64,000 bases of DNA. Origin: Spirochaetia bacterium (lineage in GTDB: Bacteria > Spirochaetota > Spirochaetia > SZUA-6 > Bin103). Below are positions 26,102-34,119 of this stretch, one piece after another. The notes beneath the pieces are model-generated. The model worked only from the letters and a program-made list of their open reading frames with translations. It was not told where the DNA came from and searched no databases. The DNA is taken from positions 672,001 to 736,000 of the forward strand of contig CBDBOV010000003.1 in assembly GCA_965208575.1 (NCBI GenBank), read 5' to 3'. The translations under genes and the position numbers were made by a program. Each line of letters opens with the position of its first letter. Positions within the stretch are counted from its first letter, which is position 1.

Positions 26102-27916
26102 ATGAACATTGTAAAGATCAGAATGACGACCTTCGCGATTGCGTTGGTCCTCGTCGTTACCGCAACCGGCCTCTGGGCCGCTGGCGCCACAGACACGGAG
26201 TCGGCAGCGGCGGCCGAAAAGGAAATGGTGCGCGACCCCTCCACCGGCCAGATGGTGACCGCGCCCCAGTACGGCGGGACAATAACCTATCCCTACAATG
26301 TAGTTTTGGAGACTACTGACCCCCATACTAGCGGCCACTTTGCGGGTGACATCGACAGCGTCAATCAGCAGCTTGCCGTCCCGGACTGGGGAATAGATAG
26401 GGATCAACTTGACTATAGAAGCGGCTACATCGGTATGGAGTTCTATGTAGGGCAGCTGGCTGAAAGCTGGGAAATGCCTGACGATAGAACCTATATCTTC
26501 CACATCCGCCAGGGCGTTCACTACGCCCTTGACCCAGACAGTGAGGCCAGCCGCTTAGTAAACGGGCGGGAGCTCACAGCCGATGACGTCGTATATTCCA
26601 TTCAGCGTCATAGCGCTCTGGGCGACTTCACCGAACGCCCCGTTCGGACTTACGAAATGATCAATCTGCCATGGGAATCGATAGAGGCCACCGACAAATA
26701 TACGGTTGTTATCAAGATGAAGGAGTTCTCCCTCATTGCGCTAAGGGCTATCATCACCGAAGATTCATTTTGGATATTACCCCCCGAGGTAATCCAGAAA
26801 TACGGGAACTACGAGGATTGGAAGAACGTGGTCGGCACTGGGCCCCTTATGCTGACTGACTGGACCGAGGACGTCTCCAAGACCTGGACCAGGAATCCTG
26901 ACTACTGGGGCTACGACCCCAAATACCCGCAGAACCGCGTGCCCTATGTAGACGAGATAAGGGCCCTGTATATGCCAGAAAGAGCAACAGCTCTGTCGGC
27001 ACTACGCACGGGTAAGATTGATCTTACGGTGGGGAGTTTCCTTCTCAAGACTCTCGACGACGTAAAGAGCCTCGAGCGGACCAACCCCGAAATCACGGTG
27101 ACCACTACTTTCGGGACTTCTACGACTGTTTTTACTCTGAACACGCACAAGCCGCCCTTTGACGACATCAGGGTACGCCGCGCAATGCAGATGGCACTGG
27201 ACCTTGAGACGATTAGCGACACTTACTTTGGCGGTTTGGCTAGGTGGAAACCTCAGGGGGGCGTAGGGAAAGCCGTCGTGGGGTATAACACCTCATTTGA
27301 TGAGTATCCCGAAGAGGTCAAGCAATACTATATCTATGACCCGGAACGTGCCGAGAAGCTGCTTGAAGAGGCTGGATATCCGCGCGGCGCGGACGGCGTT
27401 CGACTCAAGGTCCACCTGCACCACCGCGATGTTTCGGATTTAGGCTATACAGAAATAGCTGTCAGCTACTGGGGTGAGATTGGCATTGATGTAGATGTTG
27501 GTATATACGACACGCCTTCTTGGGTAGCAGGCAGAGCAGACACTACGTTGTATGAGCTAGCCACTAGCTACCAGGGCTTTACTTATAACCCTGAAACCTG
27601 GGTAACCTATTATCGCACGGATTACAAACATCGGAGCGAATACATAGGCGGATACCAGAGCCCTGAGATGGACGCCCTGTATGACGCCTTTTTCGCCGCA
27701 AAAACCGTTGAGGAGCAGCAGAGGATATTTAAGGAGTTTGATATGGAGGTCGGCATAAAGCGGCACAATCAAGTATGGGGTCCTATAGCCCCAGGGTTTA
27801 TTCAGGCCCAGCCGTGGGTTATAGGCTATAACGGTGAAGTCACTGGAAATCGTCCTCGTCTCGCCCTCGTCCACCTTTGGATTGACCAGGAGATGAAGGA
27901 AGCAATGGGGCATTAG
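26102..27916 (+). CDS. ABC transporter substrate-binding protein, family 5
   Basis: Signal peptide ...ATGLWAAG, PQYGG, LAESWE, GTGP, VRRAMQMALD, LLEEAGY; GGAGG RBS. Confidence 0.92.
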   Translation: MNIVKIRMTTFAIALVLVVTATGLWAAGATDTESAAAAEKEMVRDPSTGQMVTAPQYGGTITYPYNVVLETTDPHTSGHFAGDIDSVNQQLAVPDWGIDRDQLDYRSGYIGMEFYVGQLAESWEMPDDRTYIFHIRQGVHYALDPDSEASRLVNGRELTADDVVYSIQRHSALGDFTERPVRTYEMINLPWESIEATDKYTVVIKMKEFSLIALRAIITEDSFWILPPEVIQKYGNYEDWKNVVGTGPLMLTDWTEDVSKTWTRNPDYWGYDPKYPQNRVPYVDEIRALYMPERATALSALRTGKIDLTVGSFLLKTLDDVKSLERTNPEITVTTTFGTSTTVFTLNTHKPPFDDIRVRRAMQMALDLETISDTYFGGLARWKPQGGVGKAVVGYNTSFDEYPEEVKQYYIYDPERAEKLLEEAGYPRGADGVRLKVHLHHRDVSDLGYTEIAVSYWGEIGIDVDVGIYDTPSWVAGRADTTLYELATSYQGFTYNPETWVTYYRTDYKHRSEYIGGYQSPEMDALYDAFFAAKTVEEQQRIFKEFDMEVGIKRHNQVWGPIAPGFIQAQPWVIGYNGEVTGNRPRLALVHLWIDQEMKEAMGH

Positions 27917-27955
27917 GGGTTTTGAGCAGCCGACAAGACTGACAGGGTGGGTCAC

Positions 27956-28929
27956 ATGAGAGCCTATATCATCAGGCGGTTATTGCTGATCATCCCCACC
28001 CTGTTTGTATTGAGCATCCTGGTCTTTCTCTCGGTCCGCTTCATCCCCGGCGATGTAATAGACGTAATGGTGGGTAGGATGGTAGGATGGAAGCCGAGTC
28101 GGGCGGCGGCGGCAAGCTTGACCGTGAAGCTATGGAGCGTATGCTGGGATTAGACCAGCCTGTGCACGTGCAGTATGGACGCTGGATCGGCGGCATCCTC
28201 CTGCACGGCACCCTTGGAGAATCACTGTTTCGCGGTTGGCGCATCGAGGAGCGCATGCTGGGACGACTGCCGGTCACCGCCGAGCTCGGGGTGCTGGCCA
28301 TCCTCATCGGCCTGGTCATCGCCCTGCCGGTTGGCATCTACTCGGCGGTGCGCCAGTACACGGCCGCCGACTACGTGGGACGGTCGGTCGCCATCATGGG
28401 GCTGGCCACGCCCAACTTCTGGCTGGGAACGATGGTGATGATCTACCCGGCCATCTGGTGGGCGTGGTCGCCACCGATGGAGTTTGTTTCCCTCTCCGAA
28501 GACCCGCTGGGGAACCTCGGCATGTTCCTCATCCCCAGCCTGATCCTCGGCACCTACCTGGCGGCCAGCACCATGCGCATGACGCGCACCATGATGCTGG
28601 AGGTGCTGCGCCAGGACTACATCCGTACCGCCTGGGCCAAGGGGCTGCTGGAGCGGTCGGTGATTCTGCGCCACGCGGTGAAGAACGCGATCATCCCGGT
28701 GGTGACGCTGGTGGGCATGCAGTTGCCGATCCTGGTGGGCGGCTCGGTGATCATCGAGAACATCTTCAACCTGCCGGGGCTGGGGCGGATGATGCTGGCT
28801 GCGCTCAACACCCGCGACTACCCGGTGGTCTCGGGGGTGAATCTGTTCTTCGCCACGGTGGTGGTGTTCGTCAATCTGCTGACCGATCTGCTGTATGCGT
28901 CGCTGGACCCACGGATTCGCTACGAATGA
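27956..28929 (+). pseudogene. OppB/DppB-like permease, frameshifted by an 8-bp tandem duplication
   Basis: MRAYIIRRLL start. GGTAGGAT occurs twice at 28073-28088; removing one copy joins ORFs 27947..28153 and 28087..28929 (...MVGRMEAESG...). Confidence 0.85.
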
Positions 28930-28938
28930 GGCACGCCC

Positions 28939-29898
28939 ATGGGTGACGTATCACAGCTGAGGCCGGCCGGCGCCGAGCCGGCCGCCGGGGCGGCTGCGGC
29001 TGGGCAGGCTGGAGCGCGGCGGTTCTTCGGCCGGCTGGTCCGTGAGCAGCCGTTGGGCACGGCCGGCGGCATCGTCATCCTGCTCCTGGTGCTGGTCAGC
29101 ATCTTCGCCGATTCGCTGGCGCCCTACCGCTTCGAGGAGATCCACCTGCGCGATCGCCTACAGGCCCCCTCGGCCGCGTACCTGCTGGGCACCGACCACG
29201 TGGGGCGTGACCTGTTGAGCCGCCTCATCCACGGGGCGCGGCTGTCGCTGTCGGTGGGGCTGGCCGCCACGGCCCTCAACGTCGTGGTGGCGGTGTTGAT
29301 CGGCGGCACCACCGGATTCATCGGCGGGCGGCTGGACCTGGTGACGCAGCGCTTCGTCGACGCCTGGATGGCGTTCCCGGGGCTGCTGTTGCTGCTGACG
29401 ATCATGTCGATTGCCGGCCGCGGCATGGCGCAGATCATCATCGTGCTGGGGGTGTCGGGCGGCATCCCGGCCTCGCGGGTGGTGCGCGGCGCGGTGCTGG
29501 GGGTGAAGGAGAACGTCTACTTCCAGGCGGCGCAGGCGATCGGCAGCTCGCGCCGGCGCTCGCTGCTGCGCCACGTGCTGCCCAACATCGCCGCGCCGAT
29601 CATCATCATCTTCAGCATCAACGTCGGCGGGGTGATCATGTCGGAGGCGGCGCTGAGCTTTCTCGGCTTCGGTCTGCCGCCGGACATACCGAGCTGGGGC
29701 GGCATGCTGAGCCGGGAGGGGCGGCAGTACATGGAGATTGCGCCGCATCTGGCGCTGTGGCCGGGCCTGTGTCTGACCGTGGTCGTCTACAGCCTCAACA
29801 TGTTCGGCGACGCGGTGCGCGACCTGCTGGACCCGCGGCTGCGCGGCCGGCTCGGGCGCTACGGCGCAGACGCCACGGCGCGGCCAAAGGCCAGCTGA
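28939..29898 (+). CDS. OppC/DppC-like permease
   Basis: LLGTDHVGRD, RHVLPN, EAALSFLGFG, PSWGGML, GDAVRDLLDP. Confidence 0.93.
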   Translation: MGDVSQLRPAGAEPAAGAAAAGQAGARRFFGRLVREQPLGTAGGIVILLLVLVSIFADSLAPYRFEEIHLRDRLQAPSAAYLLGTDHVGRDLLSRLIHGARLSLSVGLAATALNVVVAVLIGGTTGFIGGRLDLVTQRFVDAWMAFPGLLLLLTIMSIAGRGMAQIIIVLGVSGGIPASRVVRGAVLGVKENVYFQAAQAIGSSRRRSLLRHVLPNIAAPIIIIFSINVGGVIMSEAALSFLGFGLPPDIPSWGGMLSREGRQYMEIAPHLALWPGLCLTVVVYSLNMFGDAVRDLLDPRLRGRLGRYGADATARPKAS

Positions 29899-30019
29899 AC
29901 CCGAGCTGACACGCCGGCTCATCGCGGCGTTGGACGCCGGCGCTGCAACGCAAGGGGCACCGATTGATCACCTCTACCCCGACGCCGAGATTCTTGATGC
30001 CGAACCTTCGTCCGGGGCG

Positions 30020-30478
30020 TCACTAAGTATCTGCTGGGCAGCGACCGGCTCGGCAGGGATCTGTTCAGTCGACTCATCTACGGCGCCCGCCTGTCGCTCG
30101 TCGTCGGCCTGTCGGCGACGGCGCTGAACGTGGCAGTGGCGCATCATCATTTTCAGCATCAACGTCGGCGGCGTCATCATCGCCGAGGCCAGCTTGAGCT
30201 TCCTCGGTTTCGGTCTGCCGGCGAGTGTGCCGAGCTGGGGCGGCATGCTCAGCAGGGAAGGGCGCAGCTACATGGAGATCGCGCCGTGGCTGGCGATCTG
30301 GCCCGGCGTGTTCCTGACCATCACCGTGTACAGCCTGAACATGTTCGGCGACGCGCTCAGGGACCTGCTCGACCCGCGGCTGCGGGGCGGCACAGGGCGT
30401 CTCGGCGCCGATGCCGCCCGGACGGTCTCCAACGGAGCCCGCGGCGAGCCACGGGCTGCTGGCAGCACGGACCGCTAG
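30020..30478 (+). pseudogene. Second OppC-like permease remnant with missing 5' end and internal deletion
   Basis: YLLGSDRLGRDLFSRLIYGARLS...NVAVA is joined out of frame directly to IIIFSINVGG...GDALRDLLDP. Confidence 0.8.
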
Positions 30479-30558
30479 GGCAGCACCAGCGCCCGCACTT
30501 CCGCGTGCATGGCGCGCTCCAGCTCGATCAGCGCCGAGGTGTCGAGGACGAATCCCAT
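30475..30558 (-). pseudogene. VapC/PIN toxin stub (27 aa)
   Basis: MGFVLDTSALIELER..., a PIN N-terminal motif overlapping the antitoxin end, followed by an early stop. Confidence 0.7.
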
Positions 30559-30815
30559 GGGTTGTCCAGAATACGATCCGAGGAGTTGACCGCCTGCAGG
30601 TCGTCGGCGAAATCCGGGTCGACGCCAACGCTGGCGAGAGCACCCCAGACCTGACGCAGGGTCGCTGTGCGAGAACCGGCCGCCGGCACCAGCTCGGCGA
30701 TCGGCTTGCCGTTCTTGACCAGTACGAACTGGTCGTCGGTGTGCTTGATCCGGGCCAGGCAGTCACCCAGGTTGCGCGCCGCCCATGTGGTGGACACGGG
30801 AATTCTCATACGCAT
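30528..30815 (-). CDS. Phd/YefM-like antitoxin
   Basis: VSTTWAARNLGDCLARI...FVLVKNGKPIAELVP. Confidence 0.8.
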   Translation of the reverse strand: MRMRIPVSTTWAARNLGDCLARIKHTDDQFVLVKNGKPIAELVPAAGSRTATLRQVWGALASVGVDPDFADDLQAVNSSDRILDNPWDSSSTPRR

Positions 30816-30840
30816 AACGGTAAAGTACGGTTTGCGTGTT

Positions 30841-33513
30841 TCAAGTAGCCGCCTCCGCGCCGCCGACCTCCAGGTACAGCACGCTGCCGGCGTGCAGGTG
30901 AGCGGGTTCGGCGAGAATAACCGTCTGCTGCCGCTGGGCATACGGCAAGTCCTGGCCGTCCAGAGTCGCGTTGGTCACGCCCCGCTTGAGAAGCGGACTC
31001 GCGTCGAAACGCCGCAGTACGATCGATCCGTGCACCACCGACAGGATGACCCGGTCCGCATGCAACTCCACGGTTCCCCATGCGCTGCTCAGGCACCAGA
31101 AGTAGCGATGGTGAGTGCGTGCCTGCCGGGGATGGAAACCGATCTTGCCCCTGGTCATGTCGAACGTGAAGCCGCTGAGGGCGAGCAGCAGCGCGTAGGA
31201 GGACATGGCGCGGGCGTAGTTGCTGCCGCACTCCATCTCGTTCCACGGGTTGCGCTTCTCGCCGTCGTAGCGGGCCCGGATCGCCTGCACGATTTCGATG
31301 CCCTCGTCGACCAGCCCCTCCTGGATCATGTGGCCGGCGGCCTGGTACTCGAAACCGCTCATCGTCTCCTCGGCGAACGGGATGCCGGTGTTCGGCCGCC
31401 CGCGCCGGTAGGAGCAGGTCAGCACGCCCGCCTCGTCGTTCAGGCTGAACACGCGGCGCGGGTTGAAGGTGTGCCGCATCGCTCTGACGAAGTTGTACCG
31501 ATATACCGACCGCAGCGCAATGCGCCTCTGCTGCGGATCGAAGACCTCGCCGAGCCCCGAGATGTTGGCGTGCCACTGGGCGACCACCTGATCGATTCCA
31601 CAGCCGTCAGCCACCTGGTAGTTGATCCGCCCGCTCTCGGCGTCCCAGTACTCGTCCCAGTCGCGGCGCGTGGCGGTGCGACCGGTGTCGCCGTCGACCA
31701 CGGTGACATCGTCCTCGATCAGCTCGTCGAGCATGCCCTTGTCGGTCAGGTCGATGAGCTGGTGGTAGTACTCGCCGTTGAACAAGTGCGCGTCCACCCA
31801 GCGTTTCCCGCTCCGGAACAGGGCGCGGTACCCGGCCGCGGCGTCCGCGTCCTCCAGGTGGTCGGCCATCTCCGCGGCGGCCTTCAGGGCGGCCAGGTAG
31901 AAGCCGGTGAGCCACGAATTGGGGCCGAACAGCTCGGTGTCGAGGGTGTGGTGCTGGCGGCCTTCCAGTACGCCGTCCCGGTCGCGGTCCCACCGGTCGC
32001 GGTTCTCGGACGACCAGGCGAACGCCAGACTCTTTTTGATGGCGGGCCAGAGCTCGGCCAGCCACGCGGAGTCGCCCGCTATCTTCCAGTCCCGGTACAC
32101 CTTGACGATGCCGCCGAACTGGCCGTCGGCGCATGGCCGGAACGACGACCGCCCGCGGCCGAGTGGAAGCTGCAGGCGAAAGCTCATGCCGCCGTCCTCG
32201 CGCAGGTTGTAGCGGTAGTCGGCCTCGCGCATACCGCGTTCCAGCCGCGGAAACAGGAACGGCAGCGCGTAGGCGTAGTTCCACACGTGGGTGCAGCTCC
32301 CCTCGCAGCAGATCTCATCGGGGTGGCAGCCCTCGAATCCGTAGAAGGTGCCGTCCTGCAGGCGCAGCACGGTCGGGCTCTTGAGCACCGACAGGTTCGC
32401 GGACACCGCATCGACCACGGCCGCGGGCAGCGTCGAAGAAAACAGCGACTGCTTGAACGACAAGGTGTTCCGGTGCAGCCGGTCCCAGTTCGACAGGGCG
32501 TAGCGCGCCGCGTCGCCGGAGTCCTTCCAGAGCGTGGCGTAGTAGTTCCGCCAACTGCTGGCGGCGGGCTCTCCGCTCACCGGATCGTGCTGCGCCGGGT
32601 TCCAGTAGTTGGTGTAGACGGGGAAATTCCACGCCAGTACGAATCTCGCCCGGCCGCTCGATCCCGGTTGCACGCGCAGATGCGCGGCCAGCAGGCAGTG
32701 GGCGCTGCGCAGGCCTGCCCCACGGGCGCGGACTTCTTCGTAGCCGCGATTCGCGAACCTGCCGGCCGTCGACAGGTCGCGCCAGTAGGCGCTCACGTCA
32801 TCGACCCACATCCCCTTGTAAGCGGCCCGGCGCCAGTACTCCTGGTAGCTGACATCGCTCGCGTCGGTGGCCACGGTCATGTCTCCCGCCGCCGGGCCAC
32901 CCGCTCCCGCGCCACGCGCTTCCATCCCGATCATGGAGAGTCCGTCGATCCGCTGAAACCGGTTGACCTTGGCGTCTCCCGGTACCGGGTTGTTGACCGA
33001 CAGGCAGACCGTGTAGGTCAGCGCCATGTCTTGAGGGTTGTGGACCTCGACCTCGAAGAAGGCCGCCGGGATGCTGGAGTCGTCCTCGTCGAGCGGAATG
33101 AAGGGGTTGAACGCGGTGATGGTCACGGTGCCGGGAAACGCGTCGTCGCGCAGCGAGAGCGCGGCGATCGGAAACTCGCCGCGGAAGCTCGCGGTACGGA
33201 AGTGTGGCGCCGCCGACAGGTGGCTGCGCGGCGGACCCGATCCGAACGGCGTGCTGCCGGCGCCGGCTCTCAGGCTCCCGGTGTACGGCGGCTGAAGATC
33301 CCCCTGCAGGACGCGCGCGTCGAGCACCTCGCCGTCTCGTTCCGCCCTGACGGCAAAGTGGGTGTAGCCGTTGCTGCTGCCCTTGTTGGGCCGGTTGAAG
33401 ATCTCCCAGTCGACCAGCCGCCCGTCACCCGCCAGGCCGATGCAGCCGCTGCCGATCCCTCCCAGCGGAAACGAAATCTCCGCGGTCTTCGAGCCCTCAT
33501 AGACAAGCTCCAT
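30841..33513 (-). CDS. GH116 family glycoside hydrolase (non-lysosomal glucosylceramidase-like)
   Basis: FPLGGIGSG, WEIFNRP, FYGFEG, CTHVWNY, ADGQFG, QHHTLD, RYDG..RNPWNE.ECG..YARAMSS. Confidence 0.88.
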   Translation of the reverse strand: MELVYEGSKTAEISFPLGGIGSGCIGLAGDGRLVDWEIFNRPNKGSSNGYTHFAVRAERDGEVLDARVLQGDLQPPYTGSLRAGAGSTPFGSGPPRSHLSAAPHFRTASFRGEFPIAALSLRDDAFPGTVTITAFNPFIPLDEDDSSIPAAFFEVEVHNPQDMALTYTVCLSVNNPVPGDAKVNRFQRIDGLSMIGMEARGAGAGGPAAGDMTVATDASDVSYQEYWRRAAYKGMWVDDVSAYWRDLSTAGRFANRGYEEVRARGAGLRSAHCLLAAHLRVQPGSSGRARFVLAWNFPVYTNYWNPAQHDPVSGEPAASSWRNYYATLWKDSGDAARYALSNWDRLHRNTLSFKQSLFSSTLPAAVVDAVSANLSVLKSPTVLRLQDGTFYGFEGCHPDEICCEGSCTHVWNYAYALPFLFPRLERGMREADYRYNLREDGGMSFRLQLPLGRGRSSFRPCADGQFGGIVKVYRDWKIAGDSAWLAELWPAIKKSLAFAWSSENRDRWDRDRDGVLEGRQHHTLDTELFGPNSWLTGFYLAALKAAAEMADHLEDADAAAGYRALFRSGKRWVDAHLFNGEYYHQLIDLTDKGMLDELIEDDVTVVDGDTGRTATRRDWDEYWDAESGRINYQVADGCGIDQVVAQWHANISGLGEVFDPQQRRIALRSVYRYNFVRAMRHTFNPRRVFSLNDEAGVLTCSYRRGRPNTGIPFAEETMSGFEYQAAGHMIQEGLVDEGIEIVQAIRARYDGEKRNPWNEMECGSNYARAMSSYALLLALSGFTFDMTRGKIGFHPRQARTHHRYFWCLSSAWGTVELHADRVILSVVHGSIVLRRFDASPLLKRGVTNATLDGQDLPYAQRQQTVILAEPAHLHAGSVLYLEVGGAEAAT

Positions 33514-33518
33514 CGACG

Positions 33519-33575
33519 TCAGTGGTCTATGCGCAGGAGGCGTTCGAGATCCCGCGCCCCGTGGATCACGCGCAA
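33519..33575 (-). pseudogene. C-terminal tail of a deleted ParE/RelE toxin
   Basis: LRVIHGARDLERLL, the typical ParE C-terminal motif, directly after the ParD-like gene. Confidence 0.65.
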
Positions 33576-33916
33576 TCCGACCGTGCCTCTAGCTGCTTGC
33601 GCAAGCGCCGCATCGCGCTCGGGCCGTCGGTTACGCGGCCGTGTTCCACGTCCTGCATCGCCGCGTCAACCAAGCCGCCGAAGTGAGCCCGCGCGCGCGC
33701 CTTCAAATCCGCCGGAAGCTGCTCCGCTTCCTGTTCGCTCAGTCCATCGTAGATCCATTTCTCCAAGAGGCGGCGATGCTCGCTCTGCTCAAGCAAGCGC
33801 AGTCCCTCCCGGACCACTTCGCTGGCGGTTCTATAACGTCCCGCCGACACCAGAGCGTCCACGAAGGCATCCTGGTGTCGGGGCAGGGAGACGTTCCTGG
33901 TCTGCCGGTCAGCCAT
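33566..33916 (-). CDS. parD: ParD-like RHH antitoxin
   Basis: RNVSL....AFVDALVSAGRYRTASEVVREGLRLLE. Confidence 0.85.
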   Translation of the reverse strand: MADRQTRNVSLPRHQDAFVDALVSAGRYRTASEVVREGLRLLEQSEHRRLLEKWIYDGLSEQEAEQLPADLKARARAHFGGLVDAAMQDVEHGRVTDGPSAMRRLRKQLEARSDCA

Positions 33917-34119
33917 GGCGTCAGTCTGCCATAATATCGGTCACATATCAATATTCGCCACACCGTTCCAAATCTGGGGTTGCGCTCCGTAAGGTAGTCG
34001 ACACAGATCCTGGCGGGCTCGCTGGCAGGTTCGTTGGGGTCCACGAAGTACGCCCACCAAGTACGCATTGTCGCGTTGCGACGCAGGCAGGATATTCCGG
34101 GTCAACGAGGGTACGGAGG

